Source: Paraspadella gotoi
Lineage: Eukaryota; Animalia; Chaetognatha
DNA: 64,000 nt
NCBI GenBank assembly: GCA_051294375.1
Contig: CM119263.1
Location: forward strand, 15,292,532-15,356,531
Direction of reading: 5' to 3'
This document shows positions 1-57,700 of this stretch, one piece after another. Every line of letters starts with the position of its first letter. The first letter of the stretch is position 1. Position numbers and translations under genes: made by a program. The notes below the pieces were generated by a model. It was not told the DNA's origin, ran no database searches, and saw only the letters and a list, made by a program, of their open reading frames with translations.

Positions 1-181
1 CGCCTCCTGTCACTGGCATGTTTAGACCGGCTCCGTCACATTTAAGCCAGAACCGGGATACCCAGGGATTAAAACGAGATTATTTAGTCTGCTCAGCCAT
101 TGAGACGACGCTGAGGACGGACAGTGCTGCCACAGAAGATTTATTTCTGATGCGTGAAAGTCAATTTTGAATCCTTGACAG

Positions 182-1412
182 AAAAAAGAGGAAGAAATGC
201 GTGAAAAGCGGTTTGGATCTCGAATGCATCGGAAGATTACCTTCGACTTTGCCGGTCGACAGATAATTGACGCCGAAGACGATTCTGCTTCTTTGCAGGT
301 TATTTTTGAACTTGCAGTATTGCATAGGTTTTTTTTTATTTGGTTTTAAATCAATCCGTGCTCGCCGTTCAGATGTATCTCGGCGAACAAGGGAGCAAGG
401 TCGAAGCGTCCTCCATGGAGGCGAGTCTCCGAACGAACGATTTGCTTCTTAAGATGATGGACCAAAATGATCGCGATCTCGTCAATCCCTTTATCTTAAC
501 TCCAGCCCCTACTTTTGTCGGAGGAGTGGAGAGTGGAGAAATTCGTGATGAAAGGTTCATTCTGTTTAACTTCGATGTTGCCAAATTGTTTCTAGTAGTT
601 GTTAACATGTTCAATCTTCAACTCTATCTTTAAACCTTTCTGCAGGATGACGGTACTAACGAAGAAGGAGCCAGCGGTAAAACGCCTCCAGGACAGAGAA
701 TTAATGCAACTTCGGGATGATGGCTTTTGTCTTTCTATGCATCAGCCGTGGGCGTCGATGTTAGTTAGAGGCATCAAGAAGCACGAAGGCCGCTCCTGGT
801 ATTCCGCGCACAGAGGTGAGGTCGTCAATCGATGGTTAAGTTTCGAGAATAATTAATACATTTTCCGTTACCATCTTCGCTTAGGCCGTCTCTGGATCGC
901 CTCTACGGCGAAACCTCCTTCCGGACCTGAGATCGTAACCCTGGAGACGGAATACCGGCGCCTTTACGATTGCGACCTTGAATTTCCCCGGGATTACCCG
1001 ACAGGTGTACTCCTCGGCTGCGTGGACGTCGTCGACGTACTTTCTCAGGATGAGTACGCCCTCCGCTTCAATGGCCCCGACGCAGACCACCCGGCCGAGT
1101 CGCAGTCGCCCTTTGTTTTTGTCTGCGAAAATCCGCAGGAGCTCTTTGTAAAGTTTCCTATCAAGGGTGAGACGTTTTGTCTTTGCTTAAAAATTGTTTG
1201 ATAAATTGCCACAGTCGAATCTTTTATTCTATTTCTTTTTAGGTCAACATAAAATTTACAAATTGGAGCCCCATGTACATCAAGCGGCCAAAAAGGGCGC
1301 TCGTCTCGTGGATGCGCCGTCGTATGGTGTCTTTGTTGAAACAGACAGTCTTCATCAGAATTTTGGTTGCTTGCGGATCGATTCTCGCGAACAGATTGAC
1401 GCCGCGGCTTGA
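182..1412 (+). CDS. TRIP4: Activating signal cointegrator 1 (TRIP4/ASC-1), 3' part including the ASCH domain; 5' exons lie upstream of the window
   Basis: Exons 182-298, 373-554, 646-815, 885-1166 and 1243-1412 have GT-AG boundaries and join in frame. Peptides KEEEMREKRFGSRMHRKITFDFAGRQI, LQDRELMQLRDDGFCLSMHQPWASMLVRGIKKHEGRSWYSAHRGRLWIAS, YPTGVLLGCVDVVD and SPFVFVCENPQELFVKFPIKGQHKIYKL match the ASC-1 C-terminus. Confidence 0.95.
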
Positions 1413-1556
1413 TGCATAGTTTGGAATGAAAACTTACTGTCCGCCCGAGCGTCCCCCTACGAGTTCTTAGCCTTCTGTGCTTTCCACTCTCTCGATGGTT
1501 AATTATTAATTATTGACGTTATTTTTAGTCGATTTGCGAATCGAAATAAAGTAACA

Positions 1557-2706
1557 ATGTCTAAGCTGAAACTTTACTACGACCTGATGTCACAACCGTG
1601 CCGCGCGATGTATATTTTTATGAAAACGGCTGCTGTACCATATGAGGATGTTGTTGTCGCCCTTCGAAAAAACGAACAAAATAAACCTGAATTTGGGGAG
1701 ATAAATCCTTTTCGCAAAGTTCCCGTTTTGGTGGACGAAAACGAGTCTGGAGAAAGAGTAATTATAAGGGAGAGTTGCGCCATGGCAAGGTAAACGTGTT
1801 AACTACGTTTTAATGTTAATCTTATATCCAAAATATACATAATCCTAAACTCACTCAGAATAAAAAAAAATTGGTTTTAAACCTAGTAATTTCATTAGTC
1901 ATCTTATTGTTTGAAATTAATATCATTTTCCGGTATATTTTAGGTACGTAAGTCACAAGTATCTTGGTTCGTCCTCTCATTGGTATCCTCAAGATTTTAA
2001 CAAAAATTTTCTAATTGACGAATTTTTACATTGGCAAGTAAGCACAATAAAAAATGTTTAATGAAAGACGTAACTGTAAATTTTAAATTTGATTTTTATA
2101 TTTCAAATATTTCTGTCAACTATTATTTGTGTAATATTTAGAAATTTTCATTTTAGCATGCTAACCTTCGTTTTCCGGGGTCCATGATGACCGTTCATTC
2201 TCTTCTGATTCCCGTGCGAAACAAAACGCCGCCGGACTTCGAAAAAGTTCGAAAATTCAAGAAGGAATTCGACAGAAACTGCGATCTTTTTGAGTCGTGC
2301 TACTTAAGTGGAGGGCGATTTATAGCAGGTGAACTATGGAGATGTGGTTGATGACGTTAATTTTAAATATTTAATAAATATTATTTATCCAGCTGAATTT
2401 TAAATATTTTACGACTAATCGTGAAGGAGATTTTATATTAAAGGCGACGAAATTAGTGTGGCTGATCTGTTTGCCATCTGCGAACTGGTTCAACCTTCGA
2501 TGACCGGATTTGACGTCAACGTTTCCCGTCCAAGACTTGACACTTGGATGAAAGAAGTTATCACCACCACACAGCCTCATTTCGACGCCGCCCACACCGT
2601 CATGCAAAAAGTCAAAGGGATGATGGCCGAGGGCGTTCAAGAGGCCTATCGAGATTATTTAGAAAAGGAAAAAGCGGAGTGCGTAACATCGTCCAGCAAA
2701 CTTTAA
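1557..2706 (+). CDS. Glutathione S-transferase, theta class (copy 1)
   Basis: Exons 1557-1789, 1944-2037, 2157-2328 and 2444-2706 splice in frame. Theta motifs LYYDLMSQPCRA (catalytic Ser), INPFRKVP, ESCAMARY, HWYP..DEFLHWQH and FIAGDEISVADLFAICEL are present. Confidence 0.95.
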
Positions 2707-2960
2707 CAAGAACCCTGGAAATTTATAATTAAAGGCTTGTTACTGCCTTTTTGTCTATACCGCTTTAAAACACGAGGTATTACATTTCTAAATGTTAATG
2801 AAATTCTTTGTTACCCAACAGTCAGTATTTTTAGCGGTGATGAAAATGGTGATAAGATTGTATTTTTAGTACTATATAACATTTCTCAATCATTGTTTTT
2901 GTTATTTTTATTCTACTACTTCAGACCGACTAGCAAAAACCAAATGTGAAAAGAAAAACA

Positions 2961-4535
2961 ATGTCACGGCTAAGACTATATTACGATCTTATGTCTCAGC
3001 CTTGTCGAGCTTTATACATATTGTTTAAATGTTCTGGAATTCCCTTCGATGAGTCATTGGTCTCCATACAGAAAAACGAGCAAAACAAGCCGGAATTCGT
3101 CTCCATAAACCCCTTCCGAAAAGTCCCCGCCTTGGTTGAACAAAATGGAGAAGATAGATTCATTCTTCGTGAAAGCTGCGCTATCGCAAGGTTCTTTTAT
3201 ATAGTACCTATGAACTCGTTTCGTTAAAATATACTTAACGAAAGTAGAGAGAACCCACTCCAAAGCACTTACTTCTTTTGGCAGATACGTAACTTCAAAG
3301 TACCTCTCTCTTCACAGTCTGGTTTCCAAACGACAATAAAAAAGCTACTAAAGTGGATGAATTTTGCATTGGCAGGTATAATTTATAATTCATGCTATTA
3401 TCAAAAAATATTTTTACTCATAGAAACGTTGGAAATAATGGTTGCTTAAAAAAATTATTTGCGTTTTATATTTTTTGGTGGGATTTGACTGTTAACTATT
3501 TACGTAGTCGTTAGTGTCGTTATTTCTTATAATTAAAACAGTGTTTAAATAATTTTTATTGATAGTTGTAGCATTTTTATGACATTTCTTTAAAAATTAT
3601 TTTTGAAAAAACGAGTGAACCTAATTTTAAATGCACTTACAACTTCAGCACACCAATATCCGTCAACGCCAGCATGGTATTCCTTCATGGCGTGGCTTTG
3701 CCAGTCATGACCAGATCTCCACCCGATTTTAACAAATCCATCGATTCAAGGGAGAGATGGAAGAGACGATTAAAAAGTTTGAATCGCATTACTTAAGCGA
3801 CGGCGGGTTTATCGCTGGTAAGCTCTTTTTTCTTTTTTTTTTCTTTATTATCCCGCCAGATATATAGACGAGTTCAGCTCTGCAGCTCTCTATCTCTCTC
3901 TTTATTTACGATGAATGACTCATCACGTCAATGAATTACTATCATCGCATCAATGAATGACTATCATGGCATCAATAAATGATTATCATGGCATCAATAA
4001 ATGATTATCAGGGCATCAATGAATGATTATCATCGCATCAATGAATGATTATCATCGCATCAATGAATGATTATCATCGCATCAATGAATGACTATCATC
4101 GCATCCATCATTTGGTTATCATTGCATCAATCATTTGGTTATCATCGCATCAGTATTTGGTTTTCATCGCATCAATATTCAATAATCAATTACTATTACA
4201 TCAATCAATCGATTACTATTACATCAAATATTCGTTATCGCATCAATCATTCAATCAATTTGACTTAAAATTTAATTTTTTTAGGGGACGAGATTTCCGT
4301 AGCCGACCTCTTCGCCATCTGTGAACTGCGTCAACCATGGATGGCGGGATTTGACGTGGCGGAGCAGCGGCCACGTTTGACCGCTTGGATGGAGGATGTG
4401 ATGAAAGAGACGCAACCCCACTTTGACGCTGCCCACGCCCCTCTGGTTCACGTTCGTGAGATGATGGCAGAAGGTCTACAGGAGGCATATAGTGAATTTT
4501 TGGAGGAGAAATGTCAGACCATTTCTGCAAACTGA
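2961..4535 (+). CDS. Glutathione S-transferase, theta class (tandem copy 2); apparent frameshifts in exons 2-3 (consensus error or young pseudogene)
   Basis: Same four-exon layout as copy 1 (2961-3190, 3285-3375, 3649-3817, 4285-4535) with SQPCR, INPFRKVP and DEISVADLFAICEL. Exons 2 and 3 are each 3 nt shorter than in copy 1 because of separate small deletions. Confidence 0.85.
3910..4260. repeat. Intronic minisatellite, ~22-nt unit ATGAATGATTATCATCGCATCA, degenerating toward the 3' end
   Basis: Tandem copies are directly visible in intron 3 of GST copy 2. Confidence 0.9.
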
Positions 4536-5090
4536 ATAAAAAATGAATTTGATTGATTCGGTACAATCATGATTGTTATACATTTTGATTCATAGTTGGT
4601 CTAAATTATAATGTTGTTTATTAATTTGTTACAGTTATAATGTAGAACAGGTAGTTTTAGTGAGGTTCCGCGATTCATAATGCTCGGTGGGGAAAAAAAA
4701 GATTCGTGAATAAAAAAGAATGGTAACTGCGGTGAACTGGAAATCATCTCTGACGGAAACCCATCTCGTAGAACTCGGGAACTGAACTGTGACGCGAGCC
4801 GTCCACCGAAGTATCAGACAACAAGGTCCCGATCACTGTCAGCCTCCGATAAAAATAAAAGTATCCATATAATTCTAATATGGAAAATTGATCATTCTTC
4901 TGTATTTCTGATTGAAAGATCACTCTTCTCCGGGACGAGACGATTTTACACCTTTGATTTCCTCTAGGAAAAAATGCAATTACTTTTTACGAACCGAACT
5001 TATTGTTGGTTTTTCTTTTTTTTAGTTATTGTATAGAATAGATGATTTTTGTGAGGAATTAGTGGTAAGCAGCAAGAAAAAACCAAAAGA

Positions 5091-6816
5091 ATGGAAACTG
5101 CTGCAGATCGCAAGCGTCGCCTCCGCCGGGAACGCATACTGCAAAACTCAGAAACGCGTCTGCGACGAGCTCTCGGCGATTCCCAGCCGACCGCCGACGC
5201 GACCTCCGATGAGGTTCCGATCGAAACTGTCTATACTAATCAGCAGAGCGAGGAAACGCAAGCCAATGGTCTCGATTCGTTTTCGGATCGAGAACACAAA
5301 AATCCTCAACTCAACGGCTATTGTTATTCCTCTCGTTCGCTCCCCGACTCGCAAAGCGGACTCGGCTCTGGCCTGGACTCTGCAGCCGGCGATCAACAAA
5401 ATGACGGCCAGTTGCACCGTACGATCTCAAGGTCCGCCGTCGAAAACTTGGCGGATAGAGAGATTGAAAGGTATATCATGTATATATTCATTACTAATTT
5501 ACTATCTTTTTCATTAGTGGCTTAATTATCAAGGTCGTGTCGTCTGCGAATAGATTTAGTTGACATTGTTAATTTTTTTGGCCCCCGTTTTGCCCCAAAT
5601 TTGTAATCGTTTGTTGCTTCTCCTTAAATTGGTTTCTCTTTTCAGCTCGTCAATAATTCGTGCAATGGACCAGAACTCAGGCGAACGATTTCCTCTTGAA
5701 AGAACGAAAAGGGATATCTCGAGCCGAGATATTGCGCGTGTACTGCATGATTGCGACTTTGGTTCGCAGGTGAGAAAAGCACGCAACAGATTGAATTGAA
5801 TGATTACCATCATCGTGACCTCGATCCTTTTTCCAGAGAGCGAGTCTCCCCAGTCGCTCGTCAACTTCTTCGCGACGCCGCTCTCCTAGCCTATGGTACA
5901 CCAAGACTTGGTTCCGCATCACGTTAACCGTCCTGTTATCGTTGTTCGTCAGGTTAAATTCCTTTTTTATATACGCAGTTAGTATGTTTTTCTAATTTGG
6001 GTGTTAAATTTTTTAAAAATCCACCTTTCTCAGAATTTTGATGCAACTCAATCTCAGCGATTACTTTTCCCATTCGGCCTTGTATCCGTTCATCTCAATG
6101 GAGTTGTCCTTTTTCGTGGCCGCCTTCTCTTCCAAGCCTCCTGGGTTCCGCATTCGCATGGGAGGTCGCATAGCCGAATTTCTTGCAAGTTTGGCAGGTC
6201 AGGATGTAAAATTAAAAAATAAAAATGAAACTAGGGCAGAAAGTAATCTCACCTTGTGTTGTACAGATTTTCCCTCTATATCCAGAAGACAACACTAACG
6301 TCCCAAGCTCCCCATCCCGATCAAAGATTATTAGTATTAGATTAAAATGATTAAACCCTAAGGATATTAAAAATAGAAATGAAAGATGAAAAAAGAATAA
6401 AATCAAATTTAAAAAAACTATAAATAGTTAAACGGGTAATTTTGCAATTTTCATACTTAGAAAAAAATGAAATGATAAAACAATGTAGTAATTTAGGTAG
6501 AACAATTAGTAAGTAGTATGCTGTATAAACGAGAAATTCTCAGCATAAAAAGATTTTCTCGAAGTGATTATTTATTTAGCTCATTGTGGTATTTTTGGTA
6601 AAAGCAAGTAAAAGCAAAGACAGCTCTCTCCCACTATTCCTTTAAAATTTCTTAGGCTCCTCCCGAGAAATGCTGGGCAACTTAAAATGGACGTGCGAAT
6701 TCGCTTTCCAACGACCCCTGGAAGAGTTTCTTCTTTACTTTTTTGTCTTCATTGTGGCTCATCTCATGCTCATTCATGTGCAAGACGAATCCTTCCGCGT
6801 TCACGATGAGTTGTGA
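5091..6816 (+). CDS. CAMLG: CAML/GET2-like ER insertase subunit (guided entry of tail-anchored proteins factor)
   Basis: Exons 5091-5470, 5646-5769, 5837-5952, 6034-6197 and 6656-6816 join in frame. The N-terminal basic motif RKRRLRRERILQNSETRLRRALG resembles the TRC40/Get3-binding motif. Three C-terminal hydrophobic segments follow, the last being EEFLLYFFVFIVAHLML, and the protein ends ...VHDEL*. Confidence 0.85.
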
Positions 6817-7810
6817 TCGTCCGATACTTAACTAATTATAAATCAGTTAGTTGTTTTACTATTGTGAAAGCGCCTTCCAGGATTTTCTTTGCCTTGGTAA
6901 CGCTATTTGTCTCCAATGCATGGCTTCAAACAATACGTGTCCGTTTATTTATTTTAAATAAACCCGGTAATATCTCTCTTTGCACCTTCTCTTTTTAGTC
7001 GAGGAAAAAGGCAGTGTTCAACGGAAAGGTTACGCAAAATTTAATACTTCTGACTAGTTTGTTAACTTTTTTCGGGTATTCATATTGAAAAGATAGAATT
7101 CATGCGTCAGAAACGTTTGATTATGCTTCTGTCTGAAAAAATTAAACGAGCTGAATGTATTCAATGTATGGTTTTATTTTTTATATACAATCTGTTTAAT
7201 TTTAAAGAATCCAATTACACAATAAATCAACTTCAACAAGGGTTACATAAATGCAAATACACATTAATTTTACAAACCGTAAATAAACTACTAGTAGTAT
7301 AGCTGGTCACGTGTTCTTGTTCCAGACGGGGTTCGTATGTAATTTGGAGAAGAAAAAATTTGACGATCTTAGTACCCTACTAGAAAGCTACATTGTCGAC
7401 AATACGAAAAATGTGTACGAAAATCAGATTTTATTATAACATTTCGTTTTCGTCATTGAATGTAGTATTTAGCATAACGATACTTGAAATGAAAACGGCT
7501 TGAAATACTTTTTTCGCATATGGACGTAAATATTTCCGACCAAATAAAATGTTTTATAGTCAAATCACAAAAAAGATGGCATAAAAAAAATTTCTCGGCA
7601 TGAGTAAAAATGATATAGAGTAATGTACTAGGTTGCAAGAAAGAGTCACTTGTATCTTTTTTATTTAATTTGATTTTTTTTCTAGTGATTACGAAGAAAA
7701 GTAAAATATAATACATATTTTATGCGAATTTTTAATTCCAAATAGTATTTGAAGCACGACTTTTTTTTGCAATTGAGGGGAAAAAAAAAGAGTAGTTAAA
7801 AAAAAGAAAG

Positions 7811-52718
<44,908 letters not shown>

Positions 52719-54724
52719 CTGAACAAGAGAAGAGAAAGACGTTTAAACTAAAGAGGAAGTCGCTATTTATGATTAAACCATATTGCGTTTCAATCAAGAA
52801 TTCAATTTCAAGCGCCTGGTATTAAATATTGTGTTTGCGTCAATGCAGATTTTTAAAATGTAATGGTTACGAATGATAATGTCATTCCTTTTTCGTGTCA
52901 TGTAACAAAAACTTGTGAGTGAGTGAGTGGCTTGGCAAAAAAAAAAAAAGAATCTCAAAGAAAGAAGAGAAACGAGCATGTCGGTATGAATGTCCGCAGA
53001 TTTAAAAAAAATATTGGGAAATACTGAACGTCTTATAAATCTGCCTGGCCAGTGGCTCTTCAGTCTTTATCTTAATCGTTCGTCGCGCGTTCAATCCATG
53101 CATATTGGGTATCCCGGTACATACAGAATTTCTGACGGAACCGATTTAAATATATTTAAATATGTCACTTAGTTCCGCAGCCACAGGTAATCCAACAGTT
53201 GTCAGAATACTATCTTTTCCTCTTCTCTTCTTTCTTCAGTAAGCAATAAAGAACGGGTTCGTTGTTCTTAGTTCTCACCAACCTCGCTCCTGGGATATTT
53301 GTTACTAAATGTCCAATTTCCACCTTCTGCTATTAAAGATTATTCAACTTTTCATTGTTTCTAACTCACACGAGATTCAATCTCCAAAGAGAATTTTTTT
53401 CTCTCTATCCCTCTCACGCTTTCCCCCATGGTTAAAATGAGAATATCTTTTTTCTTTTCTTTTCCTCCCTCCCTCCATGAAAGGACATTCCTCTTTCTTC
53501 CTTCGAAAAAAAGACAAAAAGTTTTGAGCATAATCGTTTCTTCACAGATAAAAGGTGAACGAGACAAAGAGGCGCATGTAGCAGAGATAAGGACATAGCG
53601 AAGACAAAAGCGCGGGCCGGAGGATGTGAGATGCGGGCGGGAGATAAGGACAAGGGAAAGAGATAAAGACAGAGTCGCAGTAAAGATAAAATTACTTAAA
53701 AAGAAATAGCGATAAGTATGTACTCAAGAAGAGATTGAATATCTAAAACAGATAATCCTTTGAGGCCGAATATACTTTTAAAGTAAAAAGTAAGAAGAAG
53801 TGCAAAAGGGAAGGAGATTTAAAGAAAGACATACTGAAGAGATTAAGACAGACAAACAGCAGAGATAAAGACACACGTAGAGGAGGGGAAAGCCGGAAAA
53901 AGACGCGGCCTCATTAGCCTAACGAGGAAGGAGGCAGTCTTTGGTGGAGGATGGGACTCGGGACTGGAATGGCGCCCGAAATAGGGGGATGGAAGGGGCG
54001 TGCGAGAGTGAGGCAGGGAAGGTAAGGCGACGAGAACGAAGAGATAATGGCAGCGTGAGATGATGGGTTGCGGCAATGGATTCTGATGGCGCCGAAGGTT
54101 GTGTTTTGAGGGAGGATCGTTATTTTCATATGGAAGGCGAGAATGATAGACGGGAAGGTGGGGATGAGATGGGTATAGGTGGAGTGGGGGGCGGGGAGAC
54201 ACAAAGGTAATCGACGGAAAGGTCGGGTCCCGAACCCCGAATGTAAATACGACGGGTAGAGTCACGAACGCCGGATGTGAATAGAAAGGGTAGAGAGAAT
54301 CTCACTCTCTCTCTCTCTTTTCCTTTCTCCTTCTTCCCTTCTCTTCTCTCTCTCTCTTCGTGCTCTCTCTCTCTTTGCTCCCTAGAACCTCAGATGTGAA
54401 GGGAATTTGGAATTTCGTCGATGATGGGTCCGGACTTTTCTCGTTCCCTTTTGTTCCCAGTGAAGGGAATTACGAGGACCCGAGGATGAGACGGCCGAAG
54501 TCAAGAATGGACAAAGACAAAGAAGATGGCAATCAAAGTAGAGAAATACTAAGCAATAAGCATACTAAGTAAAGAGTCACTAAAGAATAAGACGACAGAC
54601 ACGGTGGATAAAAAAAGTATAAAAGGACTATTATTAATAGTATTATCTATATTGTTTGCAATAAAACAAAATCAATCGGATTGAACAGGCAGAAATTTAT
54701 GGAACAAAAGACCAATCATCTTAC

Positions 54725-57700
54725 GTATTTCTTTTTAATTCTTCCCAACCGAAGACGCGACGTCCCTAGTTCGAGATGAGGATCGAAGTAGAAGACGACG
54801 ACGACGACGATGGGGACCGCGGCAGCAACAAACGACGCAAATGGCTGAAAGAGACGGCGGCCGCCAGAGAAAACGCCCAGAATATCTTTCAGACAAAAAG
54901 AGGAAAAACGAAGAGAAGACGAGAGCGGCGAAGTAGTCGTTTGAGCTCGGAAATGCACGCGTAGGGAGATGAGCGTTTCGGTGCACGGAAAGGGCTCTGC
55001 GTGCATCGAAAGTACACGTAAAGAGAAACCAGTAGCTGCCGCCAATACATGCTAAATCGCTTTCAAGCGGCATCAAACTGAATTGTTACTGCTGGGCACT
55101 ACATATTCATTTTGGCACTTTGCAAAAATTAATTTTATTAAATCCCAAAAACAATATTATTTTTGGTTTTCGATTATTTGCATATATGTGATTTAAAATG
55201 CTTTGAATCAAGACATAGAATAAGAAAAAAAAAAAATAGAAAAAGAAAAAAATACTTGCTAAAAAATATCAAAAAAGTGATTTACAACAACAAATCTTTT
55301 GAGAACGCATGAGGCACTGGCAGTATGATCATCGAGTAAAAGTAACTGGAGTCTTGTCGAAGAGAGCGATATGTTCGTGATTGTATCAAAAGTGCGCGCT
55401 GTAAGCGTGATCTAGTATTTTTAGAATTTTAAACCTAATAAGGTTATTGAGGCTGAAGAAAGTTAATAAAATTTACTTCGACTTTTCTCAGTCTTAAAGT
55501 TAATAAATAAAATATTAATTATTTCAAGGGATGCTAAAAACCTTTTTAAAAATGCTTCGCATCATAAACGCGAAGGTCATAAATTAAACATCAGTGACTT
55601 TTTGTACAATTTTCGTTCACGTCCCGATGAAAAAAAAGTAGAGATTAAGAAAAGAAAACGTCTTCCTTTAGAATCTTAGGGGTTAACTGCTTTCGCCACA
55701 TTTTCATTCTCAAACCGGTCGACGCTTTTTTTGACGAGTAGGGGCTGCTTTTGAAGTCTCTCCCCTTAACTCAAAAATTATGCGTGGATCAAAAAAATTC
55801 CGTCTCTGAGGCGCCGAAGGTCGGGAAGAAAAAATTGAGAGGAAACGAAAAAAAGGGGGAAATAAAAACGGAAAAGATAAAAAAAGAGAGTCGGTAAAAG
55901 GAAAAGAAGAAAAAAAAATGGCGAGATAAAAATGAAAGGAGTCCAAATAGAAAAATGGAAAAAGAAGAGTCGGTGAGAAAAAGGGGGAAATAAAAAACGG
56001 GAAAATAAAAGAGAGGGTCGGAAAGGAAAAAGAAGAAAAAAATGGCGAGATAAAAATGAAAGGAGTCCAAATAGAAAAATTTTTGAAAGAAGAGTCGGTA
56101 GAAAAAAGGGGAAATAAACGGATAAATAAAAAAAGAGAGGGTCGGAAAGAGAAAAGAAGAAAAAAATGCGAGATAAGAAGTGAAAGGAGTCCAAAAATAG
56201 AAAAAAAAAGAAAAAAAAAAGTGAAAAATGGAAAAAAGAGTCGGTGAGGAAAAAGGGGCGAAATAAAAACGAAATAAAAAATAGAGAGGTCGGGGAAAAG
56301 AAGAAAAAAGATGGCGAGATAAAAAATGAAAGGAGTCCAAATAGAAAAATGGAAAAAGAGTCGGTGAGAAAAAGGGGAAATAAAAACCTGGAAAATAAAA
56401 AAAAGGGTCGGAAAGGAAAGAAAGGAAAAATGGGGAGAGATAAAAATGAAATGGGGTCCAAATAGAAAAAATGGAAAAAGAGGTCCGGTGAGAAAAAAGG
56501 GGAAATAAACGTGAAAATAAAAAAGAGAGGTGGTCGGAAGGAAAAAGAAAATGGCGAGATAAAATGAAAGGAGTCCAAATAGAAAAAATGGAAAAGAGTC
56601 GGTGAGAAAAAGGGGAAATAAAAAGGAAAAATAAAAAAAGAGAGGGTCGGAAAGGAAAAGAAGAAAAAAATGGCGGATAAATGAAAGGAGTCCAATAGAA
56701 ATGGAAAAAAGATGTCGGTGAGAAAAAAGGGGGAAATAAAACGGAAATAAAAAAAAGAGAGGTCGGAAAGGAAAAGAAGAAAAAAAATGGCGAGATAAAA
56801 ATGCAAGGAGTCCAAATAGAAAAATGGAAAAAAAGAGTCGTGAGAAAAGGGGAAATAAAAACGGAAAATAAAAATAGAGGGGTCGGAAAGGAAAAGAAGA
56901 AAAAAGCGAGATAAAAATGAAAGGAGTCCAAATAGAAAAATGGAAAAAAAGAGTCGGTGAGAAAAGGGGAAATAAAACGGAAATAAAAAAGAGAGGGTCG
57001 GAGGAAGAAGAAAAATGGCGAGATAAAAATGAAAAGGAGTGCATAGAAAATGGAAAAAGAGTTCGGTGAGAAAAAAGGGGGAAATAAAAACGAAAATAAA
57101 AAAAGAAGGGTCGCGAAAGGAAAAGAAGAAAAAAATGGCGAGATTAAAATGAAAGGAAGTCCAAATAGAAAAAATGAGAGAAAAAAAAAGCTAAAAAAGG
57201 GGGAAATAAAAACGGAAAATAAAAAGAGGAGGTGTCGAAAGGAAAAGAAGAAAAAATGCGAGTAAAATTGAAAGGAGTTCAAATAGAAAAAGGAAATTAG
57301 AGAGGTGAGAAAAAAAGGGGGAAAAAAAACGGAAAATAAAAAAGAGAGGGGTCTGGAAGGAAAAAGAAGAAAAAAAAAATGCGATGATAAAAATGAAAGA
57401 GTCCAATAAGAAAAAATGGAAAGAAGAGTCGGTGAAAAAAAAGGGAAATAAAAACGGAAAATAAAAAAAAGAGTGGTCGGAGGAAAGAAGAAAATAAAAA
57501 TGGCGAGATAAAAATGAAAGGAGTCCAAATAGAAAATGAAAAAAGAGGAACGTGAAAAAAAGGGAAATAAAACGGAAAATTAAAAAAAGAGAGTGGTCGG
57601 AAAGTGAAAGAAGAATAAAAAAATGGCGAGATAAAAAATGAAAGGATCCAAATAGAAACAATTGAGAGAAAGTCGTAGAAAAAGGGGGAAATAAAAACGG

